Both the position numbers and the translations under genes were made by a program. This document shows, in pieces, positions 51,149 through 61,827 of a stretch of 64,000 nt of DNA (positions are counted from its first letter, which is position 1; every line of letters starts with the position of its first letter). The notes below the pieces were generated by a model, which had not been told where the DNA came from, made no database searches, and saw nothing but the letters and a program-made list of their open reading frames with translations. This DNA is from an uncultured Thermoanaerobaculia bacterium. GTDB lineage: Bacteria > Acidobacteriota > Thermoanaerobaculia > Thermoanaerobaculales > Sulfomarinibacteraceae. The stretch lies in the NCBI GenBank assembly GCA_964438135.1, contig CAYTJW010000001.1:14791-78790 (forward strand). The letters run 5' to 3'.

Positions 51149-52744
51149 GTGAACCCCCTTCGGGTCCCTGAGGTTGCGCCCCGGCGTAGTTTGGTGGTAG
51201 GGGATTGGTCCATGGAGCAACACACGATCAAGTGGGGCCCGGCCCCTGGCGAGGAGCCTTACTACGCCCTGATCGAGGGGATGTCGGCCTACGTCAACGA
51301 TCCTGTCGGCTATGCCCTGGACGTGTTGGACATGAAGCCGACGGGCCAGCAGAGCGACGCCTTGATGGCGATGGCGAACGATCCGAGGAACAAGGGTGTG
51401 GCCTGTTCGGGCCACGGCGTAGGCAAGACGAGGACGGAGGCTGTAGCGGCTCACTGGTTCATGGACACGCGTTGGAAGGCGAACGTGCTGGTCACGGCCC
51501 CGGTGAAGACGCAGTTGTCGGACCTGTTCTGGAAGGAGCTTGTGTTCCTTTTGCTGCGCAAGCCCAAGGAGATCAGGGATCTTTTCGACAGGACGCAGGA
51601 CAGCTACTTCCACCGGGCGTTTCGCGAGGAGTGGGCGCTCAGGGCACGCACGGCGCGTAAGGACAAGCCCGAGGCGTTGCAGGGCCGGCACAACCCGCAC
51701 CTGTTGGTTCTCTGCGACGAGGGTTGCGGCATCGAGGACGTGCTGTACGAGGTCCTTGAGGGCGCGATGACACAGGGCGACAACAAGCTCTGGATCTTCA
51801 CGAACCCGACCAAGCCTGGAGGGTATGTCCACAAGGCGACAAAGGACAAGGACCACTTCATTGCGTTCACCTTCTCAAGTCTCGATTCCCCGCTGTACAA
51901 CAAGAAACAGGCCGAGAGCATCGCGGCGCGGTACGGCCGCGAGTCGGACATCTACAAGGTTCGCGTGTTGGGCGAGTTCCCGAGCGGCGATCCGAACCAG
52001 ATGTTCCCGCTGGCGCTGATCGAGTCGTGTTTCCTGGTTGAGATCAAGGAGGAGTTCCAGCGCCCCGTCGTGTGGGCCGTTGACGTTGCGCGTGAGGGCG
52101 ACGACGAGACAGTGCTGGCGAAGCGCCACGGGATGAAGGTCTTGCCGTTGACTGGCTGGTTCAACACGACGCTTGACCAGACCAGGAAGCGGATCATGCG
52201 CGAGTATGACAACTGCAAGCCATCCGAGCGCCCTGAGCGGATCATCATCGACGCGACGCCGATGGGCGCCGGCCTGTGCGACGAGCTTGAGGCCCTCGGC
52301 TACCCAGTCGTGAGGTTCAATCCCGGATGGTCGGCCAGCGATCCGACGCGATGGGCAGACGCGAAGGCTGAATTGTTCGACGACGTGAAGCTGATGATGC
52401 AGCGCGGTCGCATCCAGTTGCCGAAACTCGACGTGCATGGCGAGATTGACAACGACTTGCACGGACAGTTCACAACGATCATGTTCGAGGTCGATCCGCA
52501 CAACGGAGTGCTGCGCATCACGCCGAAGAAGTCGACGAAGAACCCGGTGCGGAAGTCGCCAGACAGGCCAGAAGCCGTGCTGTACCTCTTTTGGGACATG
52601 GAGTGCCGGATGGCGAACTACGACGACGACGAGCAGCGCGATTTCCTCGGAAACCCCATCATGCCGCGTCGAAGCGCCTACGCCTATGACGAGTTCAAGG
52701 ACGCGGAAAGGAAGCTCGGGTATGATCCGAGAGTCATCCTCTGA
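51149..52744 (+). CDS. terL: Terminase large subunit
   Basis: Exact duplicate of 7540-9135. Confidence 0.9.
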   Translation: MNPLRVPEVAPRRSLVVGDWSMEQHTIKWGPAPGEEPYYALIEGMSAYVNDPVGYALDVLDMKPTGQQSDALMAMANDPRNKGVACSGHGVGKTRTEAVAAHWFMDTRWKANVLVTAPVKTQLSDLFWKELVFLLLRKPKEIRDLFDRTQDSYFHRAFREEWALRARTARKDKPEALQGRHNPHLLVLCDEGCGIEDVLYEVLEGAMTQGDNKLWIFTNPTKPGGYVHKATKDKDHFIAFTFSSLDSPLYNKKQAESIAARYGRESDIYKVRVLGEFPSGDPNQMFPLALIESCFLVEIKEEFQRPVVWAVDVAREGDDETVLAKRHGMKVLPLTGWFNTTLDQTRKRIMREYDNCKPSERPERIIIDATPMGAGLCDELEALGYPVVRFNPGWSASDPTRWADAKAELFDDVKLMMQRGRIQLPKLDVHGEIDNDLHGQFTTIMFEVDPHNGVLRITPKKSTKNPVRKSPDRPEAVLYLFWDMECRMANYDDDEQRDFLGNPIMPRRSAYAYDEFKDAERKLGYDPRVIL

Positions 52745-53081
52745 CGACGTGGTTCTGAACGGCGTAGCGATGGACTTCGCCTTCGAGTGCGTGTCTTCGG
52801 GCAAGGTCATCGCAGAACTTTACTGTAAGGTGGAGTCCGGCGTACTGTGTCTGCACATGCAGCCCATTGAGCACCTCACTGGTGCGATGATACGCGAGAT
52901 GCAGCAGGACTTCATCGCGCTCGTGAAGACATTTATCACTGAGGCTGGCATCAAGCGCGTCATGTTGACGCGGAGCGACGACGGCGGGGCTGTATATGAC
53001 AGGTTCATTGCTTACTTCGGGTTTCGCCCTATGGCGCAGATGTTCATCAGCGTTGAAGATGCAGCGAAGCTCACCGAGTAA
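52722..53081 (+). CDS. Small GNAT-fold-like protein
   Basis: Exact duplicate of 9113-9472. Confidence 0.5.
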   Translation: MIRESSSDDVVLNGVAMDFAFECVSSGKVIAELYCKVESGVLCLHMQPIEHLTGAMIREMQQDFIALVKTFITEAGIKRVMLTRSDDGGAVYDRFIAYFGFRPMAQMFISVEDAAKLTE

Positions 53082-53085
53082 CGCA

Positions 53086-53577
53086 ATGGTCCGGCTTCCG
53101 GTCAGCATTATAGACTTCAAGCCGTTCCATACGAAACTGTTTGACCCTGAGCAGGAGGCTTTTTCGTCATTCACGGGGTTCGGTGCAGACCCTGAACAGT
53201 TCATCATCGCAGCCAGCCAGTCTTCGTGCAGGGTTTGCTCGTTCATAGACGCGGAAGGCATGGTTCTCGGCATAGCAGGCGCGTTCCCGCAGTTCTTCGG
53301 CATAGGAGGCGGGAGCGCGAGGCTGTTCCTGGTCCCATCCAGGCATGTGAAGGAGCAGTGCCCGCTGGCCTTCGCCAGGGCTGCGCGGAAGATGGCTGAG
53401 TCGCTGGTGCGGCAGTGGGGCTTGCACCGCCTTGAAGCAGTCGCGCTCGACGGCTTTACAACTGGAGCCCGGTTCCTTGCATTCCTCGGCTTCCGTGCCG
53501 TAGGTGTGCTGGAGAAGTACGACCTGGACGGACGCGACTTTGTCCTGTACGAAAAAATCTACAGCGAGGAGGAGTGA
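53086..53577 (+). CDS. GNAT-family acetyltransferase-fold protein
   Basis: Exact duplicate of 9477-9968. Confidence 0.6.
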   Translation: MVRLPVSIIDFKPFHTKLFDPEQEAFSSFTGFGADPEQFIIAASQSSCRVCSFIDAEGMVLGIAGAFPQFFGIGGGSARLFLVPSRHVKEQCPLAFARAARKMAESLVRQWGLHRLEAVALDGFTTGARFLAFLGFRAVGVLEKYDLDGRDFVLYEKIYSEEE

Positions 53578-53578
53578 T

Positions 53579-53830
53579 ATGGGCGGCGGCGGTGGTGGTG
53601 GCAAGGGTGGAGGGGTGAGCGCACCGGCCACGGTGCAGTACCCGACGGCGAAGCCGGCGAAAGAGCCGGTTGACCCGGACGCGAAGAAGGCTTCGAGTTC
53701 AGAGGTTGACGCGACCTCGCAGAAACAGGCGGCTCTCGCTGCGAAAAAGAGCGTCTATGCCACTGCCAACGACGCGCTCGGCTCCCCGGCGGCTTCCGGG
53801 TCCGTGTACAGCCGCACCCTCGGCGGCTAG
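53579..53830 (+). CDS. Gly/Ala/Lys-rich gp7.3-like protein
   Basis: Exact duplicate of 9970-10221. Confidence 0.5.
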   Translation: MGGGGGGGKGGGVSAPATVQYPTAKPAKEPVDPDAKKASSSEVDATSQKQAALAAKKSVYATANDALGSPAASGSVYSRTLGG

Positions 53831-53838
53831 GAGGCCAG

Positions 53839-55509
53839 ATGGATCGCCAGCAGGTTGCGCGTTACGTCAAGATGTACGAGGCGCTCAGCGCGGATCGCGG
53901 GAACTACGAGTCGCACTGGAAAGAGATCGCCGAGAACATCTACCCGTACAAGGTGGCTATGTTCTCCGGCGACAAGACGCGCCCTGACTTCCGCAAGATC
54001 TACGACGGGACGCCTATGTGGAGCCTTGGGATGCTCACGGCGTTCCTGCACACCATGCTCACGAACCCTGCGCAGATCTGGTGCGAGGTTGTCCCCGAGG
54101 ATGACCGGCTCGAAAAGCGGTGGGACGTGCGCAAGTGGATGCAGGAAGTCAACGCCAGCATGTTCCGCACGATGGTCAAGTCCAACCTGCACTGCCAGCT
54201 TCACGAGGGCTACGCCGACCTGTGCGCGTTCGGGAACATGCCCATGTGGACTGAGCCGAGCCCGACGAGCGTGGTGCGCTACAAGGCGATCCCGCTGAAC
54301 GAGATCCTGTGGGACGTGAACGACGAGGACATCCCGGACACGGCCGTCCGCGTCCTCTACCCGACGGCCCGCTGGCTGGCGACCGAGTTCGGTGTTGAGA
54401 ACCTCTCTCCCGCCATGAAGAAGTCCTGCGAGAAGGAGGACACGCTCTACCGTGACCGCTACCGCGTGATCCAGGTGGTCCGGCCTCGTGAGGAGTTCCA
54501 CCCGATTCCGCGCTGGCACAAGCTGAACCGGCCCTATGAGAGCGTCTGGATCGGCGTCGATGATTACCACTGCCTGTCCATCGGAGGCTACTACGAGAAC
54601 CCGCTGTGCGTCGGACGCTTCACGGTGGAAACCGGGGAGCGCATCGGCCACGGCCCGGGCTCCCTCGCCCTGCCTGATGCGCGGCAGCTTCACATGCTCC
54701 AGAAGCACACGCTTCGCGCTGCTCAGAAGATGACTGACCCGGCGCTGATGATGCCTGACCGTGCGTTTGTCGGCCCGATCGACCTGTCGAGCGGTGCGCT
54801 CAACTACTACCGCAAGAGCGGAGCCGCCGCGCTCAAGGGCGGCTCGGCCCTGGTCCAGGCGTTCCCGCAGGGTCAGCACATGGCCGACGTGCGGGCCGAG
54901 AAGCAGGACATGCGCGAGTCCGTGCAGCGCGACTTCTACGTTGATCAGTTGCGCATCCGCGAGGGCGACCGCATGACGAAGGAGGAGGTCATCCGCCGGG
55001 CCGAGGAGAACAACCGGATCTTCTCGCCGATCCAGGGCCGCAGCATGGTCGAGGTCAACGAGCCGCTTGGAAGGCGGACGTTCGACATCATGCGCCGTGC
55101 CGGCAAGATCCCGCCGCCGCCCCAGGCCGTCCTCAAGGGCGGGCTTCGGATCAGGATCTCCAACCCGCTCCAGAAGCAGCAGTCAATCGCCGACATCCAG
55201 GGGCTCGTGTCGGCCATGGACATGGTCACTCCCATGGCGAACGCGAAGCCGGCGATCCTGGACGCCGTTGACGAGTCGAAATTCTTGCAGTTCGTCTTCA
55301 AGAGCTTCGGCGCTCCGCTCGAAGTCCTGCACGACCCGGCCGAGTTCATGGCCGCTCTCAAGCAGAAGCAGGACGCCGAGCAGCAGCAGCAGATGATGCT
55401 GGCCGGGAGCCAGGGAGCGGCCAACATGGCGGGGGCTGTGAAGGACATCGCCGCAGCGCAGGAATCTTCGGGTGGGGGGCTTGCGCGAATGTCCCCGTTC
55501 CTGCAATAA
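53839..55509 (+). CDS. Portal protein
   Basis: Exact duplicate of 10230-11900. Confidence 0.85.
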   Translation: MDRQQVARYVKMYEALSADRGNYESHWKEIAENIYPYKVAMFSGDKTRPDFRKIYDGTPMWSLGMLTAFLHTMLTNPAQIWCEVVPEDDRLEKRWDVRKWMQEVNASMFRTMVKSNLHCQLHEGYADLCAFGNMPMWTEPSPTSVVRYKAIPLNEILWDVNDEDIPDTAVRVLYPTARWLATEFGVENLSPAMKKSCEKEDTLYRDRYRVIQVVRPREEFHPIPRWHKLNRPYESVWIGVDDYHCLSIGGYYENPLCVGRFTVETGERIGHGPGSLALPDARQLHMLQKHTLRAAQKMTDPALMMPDRAFVGPIDLSSGALNYYRKSGAAALKGGSALVQAFPQGQHMADVRAEKQDMRESVQRDFYVDQLRIREGDRMTKEEVIRRAEENNRIFSPIQGRSMVEVNEPLGRRTFDIMRRAGKIPPPPQAVLKGGLRIRISNPLQKQQSIADIQGLVSAMDMVTPMANAKPAILDAVDESKFLQFVFKSFGAPLEVLHDPAEFMAALKQKQDAEQQQQMMLAGSQGAANMAGAVKDIAAAQESSGGGLARMSPFLQ

Positions 55510-55518
55510 GGGGGAGCC

Positions 55519-55848
55519 ATGATCAAGATCGACGACATCAATCCCCTCGGCTTCCAGGCCAGCGTCGAACAACTGCGTTCTTCGCTGGCTTTCGAGATGT
55601 TCTTCGTCTGGCTGGCGGACCAGTGCTTCATGGACAAGAGCGCGATCGTGCCCGGAGATCCGCTCCAGACTTACGCGAACGAGCACTTGCGCGATATGAT
55701 CCTGGAAATCAAGAATCTCGTTTACGGTGACGAGTTCAAGCCCACACCACAACCCACGGAGGTCAACGACAATGGCAGATCTGACGACGCCGAGCGGAAC
55801 CCCGCCCGCTGGTACGCCTTCGGGCGCTTCTTCGGAAAGCGGCGGTAG
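55519..55848 (+). CDS. Hypothetical head-region protein (109 aa)
   Basis: Exact duplicate of 11910-12239. Confidence 0.55.
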   Translation: MIKIDDINPLGFQASVEQLRSSLAFEMFFVWLADQCFMDKSAIVPGDPLQTYANEHLRDMILEIKNLVYGDEFKPTPQPTEVNDNGRSDDAERNPARWYAFGRFFGKRR

Positions 55849-56803
55849 CGCATTTTCCAAGGCAGCGGCTGTGACGCCGCCCGCCGGCGCTCCGGCAACG
55901 CCGCCCGCCGGCGCTCCGGCAACGCCGCCCGCTGGCGCTCCGGCCGGTGATGTTGCGACGCCTCCGGCCGGCGCTCCCGGTGCCAAGACCCTGTCCGGCG
56001 AGGAGTTCGTCAACATGTTCGGCGAACTCGGCAAGAGCAAGGCGTTCCACGGCATCGACTCTCCCGAGGCCCTCGGCAAGAAGCTGATCAGCCTGGAGGC
56101 CATGGTCGAGGGCAAGGGGATGGTCAAGATCCCCGGGGCCGACGCCACGCCCGAGGAGATCGCCGCCTTCCGCGCTCAGATCGGTGTGCCGGAGAAGCCC
56201 GAGGGCTACGAGTTCAAGGACCCCGGCTACGCCGCCGAGTCCGGCCTGACCTTCAACCCCGAACTGGCGACCTGGGCGCAGGGCGTGTTCCACGAAGCCG
56301 GCGTCACCAAGGAAGGCGCGCAGAAGATCATGAAGGCGTGGGACGAGATGCAGTCCCGTGGCGTCGCCATGCAGCGCCAGGCGCTCAACGAAACCACCGA
56401 ACTCGTCAGCCGCGAACTCCAGGAGAAGTACGGTCAGCGCGCTCCCGAGGTCTTCCGCAACATGTCGCTGGCAGTCCGCGCCATCGCCGGGGACAGCGCC
56501 GATGAGATCGAGAAGTTCCTCGAAGACCCGGCCTACGGCAGCAACCGCGTCGTGATGGGGTTCCTGACCAAGCTCGGCGAGTTCTATGCTTCCGCCGTCG
56601 GCGAGGAGAAGCTCAAGGAGCTGCGCGGCGGCGACAAGAAGGGGAACATGACCGTCGCCGAGGCCGAAGCGAAGATCGCCGCAGTCATGCAGAACAAGAA
56701 CCACGCCTACTGGAACAAGAGCGATCCGGCGCACAAGGCTGCCCTGGAGGAGATCGACAAGTTGTACCTGCTTGTAACTCCGAACCGCATGGGAAACAAC
56801 TGA
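55772..56803 (+). CDS. Scaffolding protein
   Basis: Exact duplicate of 12163-13194. Confidence 0.65.
   Translation: MADLTTPSGTPPAGTPSGASSESGGSAFSKAAAVTPPAGAPATPPAGAPATPPAGAPAGDVATPPAGAPGAKTLSGEEFVNMFGELGKSKAFHGIDSPEALGKKLISLEAMVEGKGMVKIPGADATPEEIAAFRAQIGVPEKPEGYEFKDPGYAAESGLTFNPELATWAQGVFHEAGVTKEGAQKIMKAWDEMQSRGVAMQRQALNETTELVSRELQEKYGQRAPEVFRNMSLAVRAIAGDSADEIEKFLEDPAYGSNRVVMGFLTKLGEFYASAVGEEKLKELRGGDKKGNMTVAEAEAKIAAVMQNKNHAYWNKSDPAHKAALEEIDKLYLLVTPNRMGNN
55874..55981 (+). repeat. 24-bp in-frame tandem repeat (TPPAGAPA)
   Basis: Exact duplicate of 12265-12372. Confidence 0.85.
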
Positions 56804-57015
56804 TGGCAACGAACATAACAACTGATGCGTCGAACCTGGACAACGTCGTTCTCGTTCGCCTACTGTGCCTCAACATGGTGATGCAGAACGGTGCCGAAGT
56901 AGACCGTTGCGCGCCGTGCGAGAAGGCAGACAAGTTGGCGAAGTTCGTGCTGTTCGGGCGCGACGAAGCGGCAAGGGAAGAACCTGCGCCCTCGATCGTC
57001 AAACCCAAAAAATGA
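56803..57015 (+). CDS. Hypothetical small protein (70 aa)
   Basis: Exact duplicate of 13194-13406. Confidence 0.45.
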   Translation: MATNITTDASNLDNVVLVRLLCLNMVMQNGAEVDRCAPCEKADKLAKFVLFGRDEAAREEPAPSIVKPKK

Positions 57016-57032
57016 GAAGGAGGACGTAGGCA

Positions 57033-57905
57033 ATGGCGGAAATCATCACCATCGACAACCACAAGGTGCTCCAGTTCGCGGACAATGTCCGCGCCATGGC
57101 GCAGCAGAAGGTGAGCAAGCTGTACGGGTACCTGGACCACTCGTACACGCTGCGCGGCGAGGCCGGCTCCATCGACACCATCGGCAAGGTCGAGCCGGTG
57201 CAGCGCGAGGGGCGCTACGCCGACACCCGGCTCCAGAACGTGGACTACTACGTCCGCTGGTACGTCGCCCAGGCTTACGATTGGGCGACGCTGATCGACT
57301 CCCAGGACAAGCTCCAGATGCTCTACGACCCGGCCGGCAAGATCGTCCAGGAGGCCAGCAAGGGCTTCGCCCGCCTCATGGACCGCGTCGCCATCGCCGC
57401 CGCCTTCGCCAACGTGACCGTCGGCAAGGAACGCAGCAACACCGTGACCTGGGCCAGTCAGACCGACCAGATCATCGTCCACGGCAGCACGGGCCTCACG
57501 GTCGCCAAGCTCCGCGCTCTGCGCAAGCTCCTGGGTCTGAACGAGGAGGAGGACGGTGCCTGGGTCTTCGTCGGCACTCCGACGCAGCGGGACAACCTGC
57601 TCGGGACCACCGAGGTCACGTCGAGCGACTACAACTCCGTGAAGGCCCTGGTCCACGGCGAGGTCAACTCCTTCCTGGGCTTCGACTTCGTCTGGACCAA
57701 CCTCCTGCCGAAGTCCAGCACGACCCGTTCGTGCCTCGCCTTCAAGAAGGGCTCCGGCATCGCCCTGATCGAGCCGGAGAAGTTCCAGAGCCGCGCCGAT
57801 CCTCGGCCCGACAAGAACTACATCACCCAGGTCTGGACCTCCTGCACCGTCGGCGCTGTGCGCACCGCCGAAACGGAAGTGGCCGAGATCCAGTGCACGG
57901 AATAA
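57033..57905 (+). CDS. Major capsid protein
   Basis: Exact duplicate of 13424-14296. Confidence 0.8.
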   Translation: MAEIITIDNHKVLQFADNVRAMAQQKVSKLYGYLDHSYTLRGEAGSIDTIGKVEPVQREGRYADTRLQNVDYYVRWYVAQAYDWATLIDSQDKLQMLYDPAGKIVQEASKGFARLMDRVAIAAAFANVTVGKERSNTVTWASQTDQIIVHGSTGLTVAKLRALRKLLGLNEEEDGAWVFVGTPTQRDNLLGTTEVTSSDYNSVKALVHGEVNSFLGFDFVWTNLLPKSSTTRSCLAFKKGSGIALIEPEKFQSRADPRPDKNYITQVWTSCTVGAVRTAETEVAEIQCTE

Positions 57906-57922
57906 CAAGGAGGTAGGGCACA

Positions 57923-58348
57923 ATGGCGAACTTCTACTCCAACGAGATGACCGCGCTGACCACCAAGCCGTCGGTTCCCATGGAGGGGCCGACCCGGGGC
58001 GGGAAGAAGCGCATCCGCGTCAGCAAATACGAGGCCGCTGCCATGGCTTCCGGCAGTCTCCTGTACATGGACAAGCTGCCCAAGGGTGCCCGGCTGCTCT
58101 CCGGCAAGCTCGTCACCGACGCGCTCGGCTCGGGCGTGACCCTGGCCCTGGGCGACGGGACCACGGCCGACCGCTTCCTCGCGGCCACGACCTGCAACAC
58201 GGCCAACCTCAACACCCCTCTGACGCCGAAGATCGCCGAGGTCGAGAGCGGGCTGGCCAACGAGACCGACATGATCCTGACCTCCGGCGGTGCCGCCGCC
58301 ACGGGCACGATCATCCTGGTCCTGGAGTACATCGAAGCCCAGGACTAG
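57923..58348 (+). CDS. Decoration / minor head protein-like
   Basis: Exact duplicate of 14314-14739. Confidence 0.5.
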   Translation: MANFYSNEMTALTTKPSVPMEGPTRGGKKRIRVSKYEAAAMASGSLLYMDKLPKGARLLSGKLVTDALGSGVTLALGDGTTADRFLAATTCNTANLNTPLTPKIAEVESGLANETDMILTSGGAAATGTIILVLEYIEAQD

Positions 58349-58371
58349 CGCATTCGCGTTGATTGAGCTAC

Positions 58372-58406
58372 AGAGGGGGCGAGGGCGTTTTTGCCCCGCC
58401 CCCTCT
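58372..58406 (+). terminator. GC-rich hairpin after the head genes
   Basis: Exact duplicate of 14763-14797. Confidence 0.45.
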
Positions 58407-58420
58407 TACTTGGAGGCCAC

Positions 58421-59053
58421 ATGTCCGAAGAATACGCCATCGCCACAGACATCGACGTTGCGAACCTCGCCCTGATGATGGTGGGGGCCGACACGCTGAT
58501 GGTCCTCAACGACGCGAACAAGCGCAGCATCGCGTTGCGCCGGCTTCTGCCGATCTCGAAGCGGGAGATCCTTGAAGCCTTCCCGTGGTCCCCGTGTCTG
58601 CGCCGCGTGCAGATCTCCCCTTCCGCGACCCCTGTGCCGTTCGGCTGGGCCTACTCGTTCGCCATGCCTCCGCAGTGTGTGAAGCCATGGTTCGTCAACG
58701 GCGTGAGGCTCCCGAACAAGGATTATGCATACGAGGGCCGCAAGATCCTCGCCAATACCAACGCCATCAATCTGATCTACGTCGCTGAAATCCCGTACAG
58801 CGAAATGCCGCAGAGCCTTATCTCGGCCATCGCTGCGCGCCTCGCGATGAATGCGGCGATTACGATCGGCATTGGCGATAAGAAGCTACCGGCTGTCGAG
58901 GCGCTTTCCGTGTCCAAGCTCGAAGAAGCCTGCGATGCGGACAGGATCGGCGGCGAACTCGAGCGAGCGGCCGGCATAGACGACTACGCCTTTGCGCGGC
59001 TCGGGTGGTCTGAGCCGCTGATCTACCCGACGCAGTGGGCGGACGAGAGTTAG
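58421..59053 (+). CDS. Tail tubular protein A / adaptor-like
   Basis: Exact duplicate of 14812-15444. Confidence 0.55.
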   Translation: MSEEYAIATDIDVANLALMMVGADTLMVLNDANKRSIALRRLLPISKREILEAFPWSPCLRRVQISPSATPVPFGWAYSFAMPPQCVKPWFVNGVRLPNKDYAYEGRKILANTNAINLIYVAEIPYSEMPQSLISAIAARLAMNAAITIGIGDKKLPAVEALSVSKLEEACDADRIGGELERAAGIDDYAFARLGWSEPLIYPTQWADES

Positions 59054-59055
59054 CC

Positions 59056-61827
59056 ATGCCGTACAGAACTCCGTGGACGAACTTCACCGCTGGCGAGTTC
59101 ACTCCGCTTCTCAACGGTCGCATGGACCTTGAGAAGTATTTCAACTCTGCGCGCCAGATCAAGAACTTCACAGTCAAGCCGTATGGCGGCGTGTCGAAAG
59201 ACCCCGGCACACGGTTCATCTATGAACTCCGCGACGAAACCCGCGTTCCAAGACTTGTGCGGTTCATGGTTTCCAGCCAGAGTCGGTACATCCTGTGCTT
59301 TGAGGGCGGGAGAATGGACGGCGCAACGGAGGTCGGAGGGTATCTCAGGTTTTTCGCAGACGACGGCATCATCACTTCGGCCGGCGTCCCATACGAAATC
59401 GAAACCGACTACACCGAGGCTGACATCGCGTCCATTCGCGTCCGGCAGTACCGCGACGTGATGTTCGTTTACCACGTCGGGCACTACCCGAAGCGCATCG
59501 TGCGGAACGGCCACGCGGATTGGGAGATCAACTCCGTCCTGTTCGCGTTCGGCCCGCATGGTGAACCGAACCAGTTCGAGGACTCCTACATCGTGTTCTC
59601 TGGCCGTAGCGGTCAGGTCACGCTTTCGGCCCGCGACGACATCTTCGCAGCGGAGCAGATCGGAAGAAAGATGCGCATCCTGGACGGCGAAGTCGAGATC
59701 ACAGCCGTTTCAGACGCCAAGACCGCAACGGCGATTGTCCGCGAGGAGATCAGCGACGGGCAATTCGAGAAGGCTTACGGCAAAGACTTCTTCTCCGAAG
59801 CGTCCATGAGCGCGACCTTCGCGAATGGGACTGACATTTTCACGGCAACGGCGCACGGTCTTGCCAACGGAGACAAGGTCAAGCTCATAGCCGTCGCCGC
59901 GCCTACCGGTTTTACGAGCGGGAACTACTACTATGTCGTCAACGTGACTACAGACACGTTCCAGCTTTCCGCTACATCCGGCGGGGCTCCGGTTACGGCG
60001 ACGACTGACGGCTCAGGGATTGAGATCTTCCCGCAGTGGCGTGTAAACTCCGGCACGCCATCGACGAACACGAGCGACTCCGTCGTTGGAACGGCAGCGT
60101 TCTCGGTGAGCAAAAAGTTCGACTTGAGGTACGAAGAAAAGTATCTCTGCGTCATGGACATCTCCGGCGACGTGAGTGCGTCCAACAAGGTCAACGTCAA
60201 GATCGTGACCCAGGACTACAACACCGCGACCGGAGCGGTAATGACCGAGGCAGACTACACCGAAACGGTGACGAACATCGACTACATCGAGATCGGGGAC
60301 GGCGTGATCGCGTTCAACCTGGACATGGGCGAGTATGTCCACGGCCAGATGGACTACGACGCAGACACGAACAGCTACCCCTCTGACCCTGACACGGTCG
60401 AGGCCACCATCACCATCTCGTACAGCGGAGCCGCCGGCAAGACGCTTACGCTGTCGAGGATGGACTTCCGGCGTGTGAAGCCTGATCACCCCGTCGCCTC
60501 CTACGATTGGGCGTGGCGGGCTTTCGACGATCCTGCGAACGGCTATCCGAGGGCGGGTCATATCTTCGAGAAGCGCCACATCCTGTTCGGGAACTCGGAA
60601 CACCCGAACGGTATGTGGTTCAGCAACACGGACGACTTCTACAAGTTCGACGCATCGAACCCCGAAGACGATTCGAGCGCGATGTTCTTGCAGCTTGTCG
60701 GCGGATCGGAAGTCGAGGGGACCATGTGGGGCGCTTCGCGCAAGGATCTGTGGATAGGCACTGATTCTTCCGTATGGAGAATCATGTCCACTGAAACCGG
60801 CGGTTCGCTTGCCCCCACCAAGATCCGTGCGTTCCCCGAAGCGGCCTTCGGGTCCTCTGTCCTGGACGCGATCTATGTTGACACGGTGGTCCTCTACGCC
60901 GAGCGGTCGATGAAGAACATCCGTGGCATGTCCTACGACCTGGAGAACGATTCGTACAGGTCGGACCAGTTGACTATCTACGCTGAGCATCTGTTCCGCG
61001 AAGAAGGCATCGTGGTGATGTGCTGGCAGCAGCAGCCGTTCGGCCAGCTTTTTGTTCTGCGGTCTGACGGGACCGTGTGTGCGATGACGTATCTGAAAAA
61101 CGAGAAGGTCGCAGCTTGGCATCGGCACGACTTCGGCGGGGCCATCACTGAGTCGATCGAGACACTCCCCGACGACGACGGGTTTGATCAGCTTTGGCTT
61201 TGCACGAACAGAACCATCAACGGTGCGACCAGACGATTCGTCGAGATGCAGGAACGCGAGTACCGCGACGTGTCCGATTGGAGATACCTCGCTTGCGCGC
61301 TCAACTACAGCGGGACTCCGATCAGCACGATCACCGGCCTTGACCACTTGATCGGCGAGAAAATCGACATCTACGCCGACGGTGTTTGGATCAACAGCCA
61401 GACCGTGTCTGCGTCCGGGACTGCCCCGCTCGTCGATGCGTCCGGCTCCATCACTGCCAGCAAAATCATCGCCGGGTTGAAGGTCACGTCGGAACTCCAG
61501 ACGCAGAACATCGAGCAGAAGCTCCCGTATGGCACGGTGCAGGGCATGAATCTCAGGATCACGAACGTCTTCGCAAGGCTGTACAATACCGGCGGCAACA
61601 TGTGGTGCGTGACTTCGGATAGCTACAGCGACCCGTCGAAGTGGGAGCCGCTCGATTTCAGAAAGGGGCCGGACCCGATGGATGGTCCGCTTCCTCCGTA
61701 CAGCGGTGACTTCGAGGTCTATGTCCAATCGACGTACTCGCCAGAGTCGTCGCTCTACATGATCCACAGCGGCCCGACTGCCTGTAACGTCCTCGGGTTC
61801 GTCTATGAATGGGAGGAGGGAAGCTGA
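59056..61827 (+). CDS. Tail tubular protein B / nozzle-like
   Basis: Exact duplicate of 15447-18218. Confidence 0.6.
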   Translation: MPYRTPWTNFTAGEFTPLLNGRMDLEKYFNSARQIKNFTVKPYGGVSKDPGTRFIYELRDETRVPRLVRFMVSSQSRYILCFEGGRMDGATEVGGYLRFFADDGIITSAGVPYEIETDYTEADIASIRVRQYRDVMFVYHVGHYPKRIVRNGHADWEINSVLFAFGPHGEPNQFEDSYIVFSGRSGQVTLSARDDIFAAEQIGRKMRILDGEVEITAVSDAKTATAIVREEISDGQFEKAYGKDFFSEASMSATFANGTDIFTATAHGLANGDKVKLIAVAAPTGFTSGNYYYVVNVTTDTFQLSATSGGAPVTATTDGSGIEIFPQWRVNSGTPSTNTSDSVVGTAAFSVSKKFDLRYEEKYLCVMDISGDVSASNKVNVKIVTQDYNTATGAVMTEADYTETVTNIDYIEIGDGVIAFNLDMGEYVHGQMDYDADTNSYPSDPDTVEATITISYSGAAGKTLTLSRMDFRRVKPDHPVASYDWAWRAFDDPANGYPRAGHIFEKRHILFGNSEHPNGMWFSNTDDFYKFDASNPEDDSSAMFLQLVGGSEVEGTMWGASRKDLWIGTDSSVWRIMSTETGGSLAPTKIRAFPEAAFGSSVLDAIYVDTVVLYAERSMKNIRGMSYDLENDSYRSDQLTIYAEHLFREEGIVVMCWQQQPFGQLFVLRSDGTVCAMTYLKNEKVAAWHRHDFGGAITESIETLPDDDGFDQLWLCTNRTINGATRRFVEMQEREYRDVSDWRYLACALNYSGTPISTITGLDHLIGEKIDIYADGVWINSQTVSASGTAPLVDASGSITASKIIAGLKVTSELQTQNIEQKLPYGTVQGMNLRITNVFARLYNTGGNMWCVTSDSYSDPSKWEPLDFRKGPDPMDGPLPPYSGDFEVYVQSTYSPESSLYMIHSGPTACNVLGFVYEWEEGS